DNA of 64,000 nucleotides, from positions 112,282,001 to 112,346,000 of the forward strand of contig OX597816.1 of assembly GCA_951406725.2 (NCBI GenBank), read 5' to 3'. The stretch's first letter is position 1. Each line of letters opens with the position of its first letter. Under the pieces are notes generated by a model, which saw only the letters and a list, made by a program, of their open reading frames with translations, had not been told where the DNA came from and did not search any database. A program made the position numbers and the translations under genes. Positions 12,886-25,894 of this stretch are shown piece after piece. The DNA is from Octopus vulgaris (taxonomy: Eukaryota).

Positions 12886-15800
12886 GTAACTTGGTTAATA
12901 GAGTGATGGTGCAATTCACCAGAGAGGAGGAGTCCACATCATCTCACCAGAGCTCTCTGACAGGACCCTTTACTTTGTTAAGAGAAGTGTGGAAGATAAT
13001 CCTTGTTGCAAAGCAAGAGAGAGAAAGAGAACAACGGAGCGAAAATAAGTTTCTCTCTTTTTTCTCTTTATGTTTTCTCTGTCGCTCTCTCTCCATTTCT
13101 CCACAACCTGCTGCTGACACGTGACCCAGGTCCAGCTTTCCTTCCATCTCTCCCTTTTTCACACGAGCCACCCAGCCATTTCTCTGTCTTGCTATTTCCA
13201 TATCCTTTAGGATTTCTACTACACATTACCCACCATTTTTGTCTTTTTAGCCCTAGGGCTGTATTTTGCTCATTTTTATTTATTTTGTCTTTGTCTATCA
13301 TCTTAAATTACATTTTTTGACTTTTGTATGTCCACTTTGTGTTGTTTTGTTTGCTTGAGGCCTGGCATTCTCTGCGACTTTCGCAGACACTACCAATATG
13401 GGAAGTTCTGTCTTATCCTTAATGGTGTGTAACTGAGTATTACAATTTTGGTTGATAACTGATGGATAATTAGGGATCCTCAGTATATGTATACCTTTTG
13501 TATCTGTCATTGTTCATTTACAATGCATTTTCTCATTTATTAAGTAATGGTATGTTTGCACACCCAATTTTTTTAACAGTAAGTTCACATATATATGACA
13601 GGCTTCTTTCAGTTCCATTTACCAAATTCACTCACAATGCTTTGATCAGCCCAAAGCTATAGTAGAAGACACTTGCCCAAGGTACCATGCAGTGGGACTG
13701 AACCTGGAACCATATGGTTGGGAAGCAAGCTTCTTACCACACTGGAATATTTTGTTGGTGATTGTAACAGAATGTTCAGAAAAGATTTCCTCTTATGTTG
13801 GAGACCTCTACGTGATCATTTGAAATGCTTGGAATAGCTGCTAAAATTCCCTCGAAATGTGTTCTACTGTTTAAGAAAAAAGACTTATTGGGTAATGTGG
13901 TTTTGAATTTTATGCGCATATGAAAACAGGATGGTCACAGCTGGAATGCCTTTAATCACAGGTTTGTTGAATCAGGTTTGACTTGGTGCTAAACAACAGT
14001 AACAACAACAGCAACAACAACAACAGTAAAGATGTTTTTTTTTACTTTCTAAAGTACACTATTTCAGGAAGGAGCTGTATCCTTTAGATTTACTTTTCAT
14101 AAACATTAAAATAGACATTAGGAAATATGACCTGCACTTAATACATTCCCAGTACATCATCATTCCACCACTGCAGTGACATTTCATAAAGAAAAAAATA
14201 GACCTTCAAACTATAACTGTGGATAAGATTGTATCTACATAACTCGTAATAACAAACAGGCATTTCAGAAATGAAAGAATTTATATAACTTGCACAAAAA
14301 TAAATGTGAAAAATTTTTCCAGTGAACTTTTATATAACTGCATAAGATTCTTGTTTGAAAATATCCAGCATACATAAAAGCATAAAAGCATATGAAAGCT
14401 GTCTCTTCATATTGTCATGATTCAGTACGATAACCAGAAAACAAAATTCATATATTTTTGTTCTTTTTACCTTTCCTATCATTTTTTTTTTGCTTTTGTT
14501 TCTTTTTTATTTAGTTTTTGTTTTTTTTCTATCTATATCTGAACAAAACTTTCATAATAATAAAACAATTATCTGCCTTTAGTTTTATATTAGCAACTAT
14601 TTACTTGACAAAATGATATTTCTATTTTCTCTTTTTTTGTTCTTGTTCTAAATTTTGAGTTCACAACATCCCAATAAATACCATCCTACACAAATATCAT
14701 TAGCAAGCAAAATTTCCATATTTAACCTTTAAATTGAATGATGTTTAAAAGGTGATAATTTACAGTATAAATTAACTAGGAATAAACTTCTGAGTAAAAT
14801 ATAGTTAAGTGCAAGCAACCACACATGATGTGGTGAACTGAAAATAATTTTAATCAATTGAAATTATAATAACAAGAAGGAAATTCATTGACCCTTAAAT
14901 ATTCAAATTACTCTGTCAAATATAGTGCGTATTTATTCACATTGTTTTGAATTAATCATGCTCTCCTAATATTCTGCTCATGAGAATTAAGCTACGAAAT
15001 TCTTACATTCTCTCAATTTCCTGTGATTCAGACCGTCTCATGGTCCCAGCAAACAAAATGGAAAAGGTGTTGCCCTGGAGGATAGCGAGGGAGATGCACT
15101 GGAACAGCCACTCTGACTCACGAGGCACTCACTGTCATTGGGGATGGTTATCACTGATAACCATCCCCAATAACAGTGAGTAGAGATGTGTTCCAGGGGC
15201 CAACAACACTGGAGGTCTTCACAGCTGCAAGCTCAACCATAAGCATCTCAGAGAGTGACTGATATTTTGACAGTTTGCATTTCTCAGCCTGACAAGCAGT
15301 GGAGCCTGTGCTGAAAGCTGAACACACCAAGTTGCCACTGGAGAAGGTTTCACAGCATGTGATCCCAATGCAAGTAGTTCTGAGGGTGGTGTTGGCAGGG
15401 ATTGTGGTAGAGGTTTTTCTTGAGATATTTGACTGACTTGAACTGGTGATAGAAATTTTATTGCTAGTGTTGGTGATGCTACTCTTAACTACACCTGCTT
15501 CTTTATCTTGAGACAAGCAGTGCCAGAAAATCCATACCATTGAAACCAATGAAGTGGATACAGTTGATATTACTGGCCCTATTGTTAGAGTTTCTGGTGG
15601 TGTTGGTGGTGGTGTTGTAGGCATTTCTGGTGTTATCTAAATCAACAGAATGTTGTTGCTGCTTCCAAAAGAGATGCTGGTAAACTTTGTTCTGTTATTC
15701 CATCACCTTTTCTCAAATTGGAATCTGTTATTTTAACTAAAACAGGAATTTTTGAAATTAGAAAATTTTTTAAATCAGCAACACTTCCAGAGAAAGGGCA

Positions 15801-15891
15801 TCGCAACAGAGGAAACCACACTCAAATGTAGCTGGTCACATTTTCCACACAAATATCAATGAGAAACAAAAGAACTAGACTTTCCATCCAT

Positions 15892-15893
15892 AT

Positions 15894-15959
<66 letters not shown>

Positions 15960-15997
15960 CACCACTACCACCACCACTACCACCACCTCCACCACCT

Positions 15998-16063
<66 letters not shown>

Positions 16064-16086
16064 TTGCTACTATTACTACTACTACT
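15892..16086. repeat. Compound trinucleotide microsatellite (TAC/CAC/TGC)n
   Basis: Directly visible. Confidence 0.95.
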
Positions 16087-19000
16087 TCAGAGAATGTGAT
16101 GTAGAAAATTGAATTGCTGTACTGAAGGGCATCCATCCATAGAAACCATACCAAAGCATTCGCTGGAGCTCAACATAGATCTGTGACTATTCAGATCCTG
16201 TCAAACTATCCAACCCATGCTAGCATGGAATTCAAGTGCTAAATGATAATGCAAAAAAAAAAAACTAATAATAAAAATCAGTTATAATATATCCATGCTA
16301 GTTTACAAACCATTTTCCAAATTGGTTAAGATGGTACGAATAATTTCTATTATTTGGTTTTAAGCCAGAAAGTTTGATGATTTAAGTTTAATCAAAAAAA
16401 AAAGTACTGAAATTATGGAACTGAGCTAAAATGTAAAGCAAACCAAGTGCTAAATAATTATTAGTGACAGAAGCAGTATTAAAATCAAAACGTAATATTT
16501 ATCCCCTCTTAAAAGTGAATATCATGTTAGAACAAAAAATACTGTGACAGTTTCCATAAGAGAACCTCTCATATAGACTTTTGGTGCATATAAGCACTCT
16601 TGTTTACATCACTAGTAGGAGATAAATAACCCAGCATCGCCACTGCAGAGACTTCTAGATCACATGCTTCTATGCTTCAAAAGCCAATATGAGAGATTCT
16701 CTCATTGTAACCTTCACAGTATTCTGTGTTCTAGCACAGCATCTACTTTTTAGTGGGGATAAATACTACCTTCTAATAAAGTGTATTTCACTAAGCAAGC
16801 TGTACTATCCTTGTTGTTATTGCAAAATTTTCTTTAACACTATGTCATCCCTTATCAAATAGACATATGATCAAAAACATTCCAGTTATGACCATTCCTT
16901 CTTTTTTTCAAGATTGATAAAATCAGCACTGCTGCTGTTAGTAACCTCATTATTATTGTTTTTGGAGTTGTTGCTGTTAAAGCCAATTTTGATGTTACCT
17001 ATCTCCTGGAAAACTTATCTCTATCATTCTCTGTCCTTTCCTCAAACTGGCTCTCTAGAGGTACATTATCAAATGTATCCTTCCTTTTATAACAGACAAA
17101 AAGACAGACTTGAAGGGAGATTTGGCTACTATTTCTTGTAAATCAAATGACTATGTAGTGGCTCTCTTGATCTGATAAATGTGTAGTAAATGCTGGGAAG
17201 TACTTTAAGGAATGTTACATAATTGGTTCTCTTTCTTGGCTATTTTTGGCCAATCTAACTATATCTTTTAGCACGAATCATTTTACAGACAAAATGCTAG
17301 AGCCAGCTGACCATCATAAAAGCTGTGTTTTGGGCTGACAACCAGAGTATATCCTTGTAAATACATAAGTCTATGTCACACAGAAATTATGCTTTTACAA
17401 AACACATACTACCACGCACACACACTCATCACAAATGAATATCTTCTCATGCTTATTAAAATACATTATGACAAAACATACAAAGTCTTTTAAGCTTGTA
17501 TCAGTTGTTGTTAGAAATATTGTCTCAAGTTTCTCATCTGTTATTTTATATTAATTTTCTCATGAACATTTTTGTAAATGTTAACTCTATTACAATCTGA
17601 TGAATAATGAAGACATTATTTAATTGAAAATTTTGTTATGAACTGCTGTTATTTTCTATTAACTTTATCATGCATTATAAACTGAAATTCTCATGTTTTG
17701 ATAATGCAGTCATTTCACATATGCATTCATTTTTGTTATAATTTATACTCTGTGCTATTATTTTTAGACAGTGCTTTATTTTCGAATTTCTTGTAATGTC
17801 TGGATCTGTTGTCATCAACATATTCTTCATAACCGGAATGAAATGACTTTTGACATATGAGTTATTCTCATTCTTATTTTATCTATATCTCCTGAAATAT
17901 CCTCTTCATTCATTCACTTTGCAAATATAAGAAATTTCTCAGTAGAGGCAAAAATATTTATGTGAAACAAACTCACAGCTATATGTTGCTGCATAGTGTT
18001 AGCCATTCCTAAAATTTCCTTAAAAGTCATTTGCAAATGTATCATAGATATTTAATGGCAACAATTTATAGTACCCAATATGAGAAGATGGAGTAGTATG
18101 ACCATTGCAGAGTAATTAGTAACGTTGTCACACAACAAGCAATAGATAAATAGTTAAGTATGTCTTGATACATGGTTACATAGTTAAGAATTTCACTTCA
18201 TATGTAAATATCAATTCAGGTTGCTGGATTGGCTGGGCTGTAAGAATCTCAAACAGGAGGCCTTGCAGTATTTGCTTTGGTTCTTTGTGTTTCAAGTTCA
18301 AAACTTAAACAGCCTAAAACAGACAGAACATAAACACAAATTATAGACAGACATTCCAAAGTGTTATTTATCGATTATCCATAGGATGTAGGCCTTCATT
18401 TCTCCCAAGAGCTCTCATACATACCTACTGCATTGCTTGCAGACAAACACCATGAATGTTCTGTGTTCAAATTCTGCTTAGAGTAACTTTTCCTTTCATT
18501 ATAACATACGTACCAGTTGAACATTGGGGTTTAGTGTAATTAACTTATGCCCAGTTCCAAAATCTGAAAATAATATCTATTCATGAAATATCACTTCTCA
18601 AAATTTAATCCGTCTATACTGAACATCAGAAACCATTCATTTATTCATTCAGTTCATTCTAAGAACATCAATCATCACCAAACACTGTTTCCTCATATCA
18701 ATTTAAAATTAGATCTAACAGTCAAGAAACTCTTAGGCCTACATGAGTGATAGACATAATGTGTTGTTTGGTTTAACGCCACCACCTGGTTTCTTCAGTG
18801 TTTTTATTCGTGTCCACTCTACGGCAAATATTCAAGCCAAGTATCAGGTTTGAGAATACTGTCCTCTATTCCTAATACCAATTTTATAGGTCTTGTGAAG
18901 AGTCCTAGGCACTGCCTTCCCTAAAAAAAATCCCATGATTTCAGGTTCAATACCTCTGTGCAACACATTTAGTAAATATCTTCTGTCGTGGTATCAGATT

Positions 19001-19322
19001 GAACCATCTTGCAATGAAAATTAGTGAGATGGAAATTATGTAGAAGCCTGTTGGATGGTTGTATTTGTTTGTGAGGGGAAGACTTCATCTATCACCTGGT
19101 TTAGAATTCAGAAAATTCTGGAATGGCCAACACTTTTAGAGGGGGGAACATCACAATAGAGACAACCATACCTAAATTTAGCCAGTCAGTTTCTCTGCAC
19201 AAATATCAACAACAAACAAAACAAACTCCCATTCAAGCAAAAAACAAAAGTTATATTTTCATCAGAACTTGCAAAGCTGAAAATCACTATGGCTTCCTCA
19301 GGAGAGAGATAATAATAATAAA

Positions 19323-19375
<53 letters not shown>

Positions 19376-19379
19376 CGAT

Positions 19380-19593
19380 CCTTTCTACTATAGGCACAAG
19401 GTTTAAAATTTTGAGGGAGAGGGCTAGTTGATTACATTGACTCCAATACCCAACTGGCACTAATTTTACTGACCAAAAAGAGATGAAAGGCAAAGTCGAG
19501 CTCAGCAGAAAATGAACTCAGAACATAAACAAAGACAAAATGTCACTAAACATTTTGTCCAGTGTACTAATGATTCTACCAGCTTACTGCCTT
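19380..19593 (-). mobile_element. SINE family B (Nin-like)
   Basis: Reverse complement: AAGGCAGTAAGCTGGTAGAATC head, TTCTGAGTTCA, TCGACTTTGCCTTTCATC. Confidence 0.8.
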
Positions 19594-19613
19594 CAATAAT
19601 AATAATAATAATG

Positions 19614-19676
<63 letters not shown>

Positions 19677-20983
19677 GGAAAATACGCAAGCTGCTGAGTT
19701 GTAATAGGATGCACCACCCAAAGGCAGACGTAGATCGCCTTTACCTTCCCAGAGTCCAAGGAGGTCGCGGCCTGATCCAATTTGAACTAGCTAACAAAAC
19801 AACCACAATTGGACTGGCCAAATATCTCGAAATATCGAATGACTGGATGCTAAAGCTTGTGGAAAATCACGAGAGACGAAAGAAGCTTCATTCTATTATA
19901 AAGGAAAGCAAAAAATTTGCTATTGATCTCGTGCAGGATACCCAAACTTAACAACCCGAGGGAAGTATGGCAACTATTGTTGCAAAGAAGGTGAAAATGA
20001 TGGCAATGAAAAAAGCGCACGAGCAATTGGCTGATAGGTGGGAGGAGAAACCTCTGCACGGCAAATATGTGACCTGCAGCAAACAAGATGATGTTGACCA
20101 GAAGCAAACCCATCAGTGGCTATGGAGCTCAGGGCTAAAAGCAGAGAGCAAAGGTTTCATCCTGGCTGCTCAAGATCAAAGCCTATTAACCCGGAACTAC
20201 CAGGCCAATGTGATGAAAAATGAAGCAGACCCAAAATGCCGATTCTGCAACGACATGATTGAAACAGTGGACCACCTAATCTCTGGATGTAAAGTCTTAG
20301 CACCAGTGGAGTATAAATTAAGACATGACAGAATTGGCCAATATCTACACTGGCTAATAAGTCGGCATTACAATATCAAAACTGCCGACAAGTGGTATAA
20401 TCACCACCCTGAGGCTGTAACTGAAGGAGAAAATGTAACCATTCTGTGGGACTTTCCAGTACATACAGACCGAACCATCAAGGCCAATAAACCAGATATT
20501 GTTGTGAAAGACCAAAACAATAAAGTTTGCTTATTGATCGACATGAGCATCCCCTGTGATCATAATATCTCAGCGAAAGAGTTTGACAAGCTCAGAAAAT
20601 ATAAAGACCTACTCATTGAAATTGAGAAAATGTGGCATCTCAAAGCGGTTACAATACCAGTGATCGTAGGAGCACTAGGAATGATCAAGAAGGGAACCGA
20701 AAATTATATGAGAATGATCCCTGGCTTACCATCCCTGCAAGAAGTGCAAAAGATTGTCTTAACTGGTACATCACACGTATTGAGAAGAGCATTGTCGATG
20801 TGAGAACTGTTGCTGCTCATGTATTTTAATTTAACTTTAAAAAAAAATTTTTTTTTTAAAATGAACGAACTACTGAGTTTGGTTTAAGGGCCTACCAATG
20901 TATACTATGAGTTTCTTTGCCCTAGGAGTCGGGAAGACACTCGGCAAGAAATGGAAGCAAATTTGAAAGAAGGAAAAAAAAAA
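19677..20983 (+). mobile_element. 5'-truncated R4/Dong-clade non-LTR retrotransposon (RT C-terminus, CCHC knuckle, restriction-like endonuclease) in a (TAA)n tract
   Basis: ORFs 19709-19951 and 19967-20803 share a frame with one stop between them. Motifs: HPKADVDRLYLPRVQGGRGL, CRFC-x8-H-x4-C, RHD, KPDIV..LIDMSIP, KYKDL. ~170-bp 3'UTR; (TAA)n on both sides. Confidence 0.93.
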
Positions 20984-21473
20984 GTAATAATAATAATAAT
21001 AATATTTCTAACAAAGGTATATGGCTTGAAACAGGAAAGAAAGGATTTGTTAATAAAATTAATCCCCTCTCTTTCTCTTAAACATTGATAACCTACTCAC
21101 CACCATCCAACAACCTTCACTCTTATGCAAACAACACAATCTTTCATCCTTCTTAATTTTTCTAATCATGCATAATCCATACACAGCCTAGACACCACAT
21201 GCCAAACCTGTACAGATTCAATAAATTGAGAGCTTGAGAAAATTGTTCAGTGAAACCAGACTAACATTGTTTCATTTAGCGACAAAATGCCCCTCAAGCA
21301 TTACTCATATAATGAAAACACCACTGCACTTCATTCTCATAAACACGAGCAACACTCAGCTAACTACTATGCAGGTAAGGAGTTAGCATCCTAGTCACAA
21401 GGTTCAGGTTCAATCCCACTGTGTGATGCCTAGTGTATGTTTTCTACTATAGCCTTGAAACAACCAATGCCTT

Positions 21474-21693
21474 ATTGTTGTTGTTGTTGTTGTTGTTAAG
21501 CAACAAGACAGGTAAGGGTGATTAGGTGATGGTCTAGGGCTTAGGGGCAGGAGACCCCAGACCTTGGAAAGAAAGAAAAAACTTTGGTTGTCTTGTTGTA
21601 GTTGAGGGCTCTTCGTTGACGCCCAACACCACTGGGAGGTGGCCCTCGAAGTCGCTAGAAATGGAGATCTCCAGGTCCAAATTCTTGAACGAC
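21474..21693 (-). mobile_element. Short (AAC)n-tailed retroposon, copy 1, with 11-bp TSD
   Basis: TSD ACCAATGCCTT at 21463-21473 and 21694-21704; it interrupts a family-A SINE; homologous to 41217-41428 and 45421-45625. Confidence 0.88.
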
Positions 21694-21789
21694 ACCAATG
21701 CCTTGTGAATTATTTGGTAGGCAGAAACTTAAGTATATCATGTGTGTGGAAGTGTTCATGCATCCTTTGATGTTGATGATGTATGTAAT

Positions 21790-22230
21790 GATATATGTAG
21801 GTATCCAGAAAAACATCATTGAATCCACAATAGATGTCTTCAGATCAATTCAATGCATATTTCCAACAGATTCAACAGAATCCACTGAGCTGCAAGTATT
21901 CAGGTAAAGTTCCCTATCTAAAGTTAACTTCCTGTCTAACTTTTAACATTCTTCAAGGCCTTCTAAAAAGATTATAGCATTGTATAAATCAAAATGTTCA
22001 TGTTATCTCCAATTGTTCTTCTCTGCCTACAGTTATAGATATATGTCTTTCTTGTCTTACTTTACTATCTAAACTTGTAATGTTATTTCACAGAATTCAA
22101 TCAGACATTTCTCAATATCAGAAACCATTCTTTTATTCTTATTGCCTGCCCAAACAAGCAAAATCAGTTTGTTCTAAGGACATCATCACCAAACACTATT
22201 TTCTCATCTTAATTTAAAATCTCATAACAT
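21790..22230 (-). mobile_element. Possible highly decayed Penelope-like RT remnant
   Basis: Minus-strand traces DLYNAIIFLEGLEEC (cf. SLYTNIP..EG...C) and LLW..NDVFL (cf. WxRYIDDIF). 22105-22220 is similar to 18625-18710. Confidence 0.35.
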
Positions 22231-23033
22231 TCCCATATTATTGAAATCATTTCCCCCACAAACGGAATTTAAAGACTTTGAACTGCAAGTTGTTGTTAAA
22301 TGCTGTACTGGATCAGAAGCTGAAAGCTACATTGTTTGGCTTCTCATCAATGATGCTGTGCAAAGCTAATCAGGATGTTATTTGGATGGAATTATATATA
22401 CAGTATTATGTCTTTATTTATTTTTGTTTGATTTATTTCAACCTTCACCTTCCCTAATGCCAACTAGATCTATTACAATAGCCATGTTAGCACTTACAAA
22501 ATCAACTTGAACAGTATTTATCAAAGAAAACAGAAAATATATTAATATTCTGACATTTGTATCATATTAATTTCATTCTTTTTTATGTATAATGTTTGTT
22601 TGGTATAAATATAGTTACATTATAAATACTATTTTTGTTTGCTCTGCTTTCTTTCTTTTCTATTTTGGCATGTCTATAGCTGTAATTACATGCTTTCAAA
22701 TATTCTACACTGTCTGTACTATAATAAAAAAAAATAGATACATACATATATATATATTCATATATGTAAATATACATGCATACGTGTAGGTAGAGCAATA
22801 GATATTTATATATTCACACACACACATATACATAATGTTAGTAAAGTGCATGTTAAGTGGATGCATAACTATTCTTTTAGAATTCCATTCCTTGCTTTAT
22901 AATTTTATAAAGGAACCTGTGAAGTGAATTCATGTCTTGGCAAAATTTCATGTTAAGGCTATCCATACACATACAAAAATCAAATCTAGAGACTATATTA
23001 TGAACTTATTCATTTATAGCATCTTTACGCAAG

Positions 23034-23269
23034 TTTTGATAACTGTTGCAAAGCAGATTATGTATGGATTTCCTTACATAATATTGGACATTCATGTCAT
23101 CAGAAGTGCCATCCAAAATACAATGCATTCTGTTGTATGCCCCAGTATTTATAGTGATAGGATGTATGAAAACATGTGTTGCAATTGTGTATGACATCTC
23201 TGATGATGCAAATGTCCAAAATTATATAAGGAAATTCTTACATAATCTGCTTTACAACAGATACCAAAA
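23034..23269. repeat. Old inverted repeat (MITE-like)
   Basis: Arms 23034-23119 and 23184-23269, roughly 80% complementary by eye. Confidence 0.8.
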
Positions 23270-23468
23270 TGCATGCACCATTGGTGTTTTAAATATTTTC
23301 ATGACATATACTCAATGTATGAAACTTGCGCATATTTATTTACAAATATATGTAGTTCCAGGCTTTGAAAAAAATAAGTAATGGGATTGATACAGTCAAC
23401 TAAAAATTCATGGCCACAGTCCAATATCTGAAACAAGTAAAAAATAAAAGACAAAATATATATATATA

Positions 23469-23764
23469 GGTGCAGGCATGGCTGTGTGGTAAGTAGCTTG
23501 CTTCCCCACCACATGGTTCTGTATTCAGTCCCACTGTGTGGTACCTTGGGCAAGTGTCTTCTGCTATAGCCTCGGGCTGACCAAAACCTTGTGAGGGAAT
23601 TTAGTAGACAGAAACTCAAAGAAGCCTGTCATATATGTGTGTGTGTTTGTGTACCTGTGTTTGTGTGTCTGTGTTTGTCCCTCCACCATCACTTGTTTAA
23701 CTAAAGGTGGTGCTCCAGCATGACTACAGTCAAATGACTGAAACAAATTAAAGAATAAAAGAAT
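23469..23764 (+). mobile_element. SINE family A, internally deleted
   Basis: Head GGTGCAGGCATGGCTGTGTGGTAAGTAGC and 3' end CAGTCAAATGACTGAAAC. Confidence 0.85.
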
Positions 23765-24354
23765 ATATATATATATATACAATTGAAAGAACTGGAGTCA
23801 ACAAGAAGGGGTACAGTTGGACATTTATTTAATTGTCAGTGATTGCTACAAGACAATATGCTCATCATTCTACTAATTCTGCCATTCCTCTGATCAACTG
23901 AATTGTATTCTTCTGTATTGATTAATAATGTAAAGTATTATGAGTCAATACAGGTTTTCACACAAATATTTCTATTTGTAACATTTAATGCACATAATTT
24001 TATTGAAATATAAACAATATAAACATAGGCATAGAGAGTGGCTGTGTGGTAAGTAGTTTGCTTACCCACCACATGATTCTGGGTTCAGTCCCACTGCATG
24101 GCACCTAGGGCGAGTGTCTTCTACTATAGTGTCAGGCCGACCAAAGCCTTCTGAGTAGATTTGGTAGATGGAAACTGAAAGAAGCCCGTCGTATATATGT
24201 GTATATATATATATTACGTTATAAAAATAGGGTTCAGTAAAATAATTTATTTTACCACACACCGAACTTTTTAGAAATAGCAGCCAAAAATCTTAGCTAT
24301 TTCTTCTACTGTAAGAAAAATCTCCCAGACAATTATTATGTGTATATATATATA

Positions 24355-24408
<54 letters not shown>

Positions 24409-24444
24409 TGTATTGTGTGTCTGTGTTTGTCCCCTCCCCAACAA

Positions 24445-25172
24445 GATGGGTCCAGAACCTAGTGCATGCATTTCTCGCTATGTCTCTGAGAAGACTTTTG
24501 AACAGCTCTTTGTTCTTAGCCACTAAATCAGCCTTGATTTTGCAAGCAGAGTGGTTAGTGTCTTTCTCAACTGCACCTCATACAGAGTAATCTATGGAAT
24601 TACAATCATGGAATTACAAGATCAGAAATTGGGGTTGGGGAAGTCGTAGAAATTCTCCAGCCACTACATCTGAATCTTTCTGGAGGTATGGCAAAACAGC
24701 TGAATCCTGCTACCACACATATAGTCTTCCAGCAGCAACCTCCTTCAGACAGTAAGTGACCAGAGTCTCCAGTATTTTTTCAAAGCTGTCTGAATTGAGC
24801 CTAAGGGTCTATTCAAAGCTGAGGGAATGTGGTCACGGTAAAACTCCTGCTGTATTCCTTCCTGCTGGTCACAGCTCTGTAGTCTCCATTGCAACTGTCC
24901 ATGACATATCTTACAGCTTTTACAGTGTTTACAGAGAATTGAACAGCAGTCAGGATATCAGCATTTTAACACCCAGCACGAATTATCATGACACAGGTAA
25001 CTTTTTTCTAATATTCAGATATCTTCCAGTCCTTCATGTCAGCGAACTTTTTCTCAACTACAACTTTAATCTCTATACTCTCCCATGCCATTGACTGTTC
25101 ACCGATACCTCAAGCTGTTCCTGAAAAAATGAGACATAAAAAATTGCCAAATTTTGCCTGAACATTCTGTAT
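24445..25172 (-). mobile_element. Tc1/mariner relic, maT/DD37D-like, internally deleted
   Basis: Minus-strand LRLNSD..KILETLV...EVAAGRLYVW*QDSA ... DCNSIDYSV*GAVEKDTN...RNACTRF; TIR-like TACAGAATGTTCAGGC near 25155-25171. Confidence 0.72.
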
Positions 25173-25691
25173 AATCACTCCAGGACAAAACACAAAAGAA
25201 GTTCTTTGCATAATGTTATTTTCAGCTGAGTAGATATATAAACAAAGAGCATATTCACAACTAAGTAGATTTATATAAACAAAGACAGAATGGTCCGATG
25301 GTAGTCTTCTAAATTCATTGGAAACTGATAAGTTGTCTACAGCACTAAAATCAAAATAATCTTACATGAGTCTATAATAAAAGAACATCAAAATACCAAG
25401 GTTTATATTTTTTTCATTTTAAAATAAACTCATTGAACAAAAAATTATGTGTTAACATTAAGATAGATGCTGAGGTAAGGGTTGACTTATAGAGAAATAA
25501 TGCTTTAGAAGTAGGTCTGATGTTTCAGCTCATTACCATAATAACCCTAATTAGAATAAAAATAAAATAGAAAATAAAAAAATTAATTTATCTTTCTGCA
25601 TCAATCTCAACTTGTAATGATCTAAAGCTAAAATCTATTGACCGAAAATAATGGTTCTTGTATTTTATTCAAAATAAAGTGTATTTTCTTG

Positions 25692-25759
<68 letters not shown>

Positions 25760-25785
25760 CATAATTATTATTATTATTATTATTA

Positions 25786-25864
<79 letters not shown>

Positions 25865-25894
25865 CATCATCATCATCATCATTTTTATTATTAT
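25692..25894. repeat. Long (ATT)n/(ATC)n microsatellite
   Basis: Directly visible, ~200 bp. Confidence 0.95.

Noticed and set aside
12393-13578. Possible solo LTR around the Dong fragment
   Set aside because: No second LTR, PBS, PPT or clear TSD visible.
21510-21552. Telomere-like TTAGGG/TAAGGG motifs
   Set aside because: Degenerate, non-tandem and part of the (AAC)n retroposon 3' region, not an interstitial telomere array.
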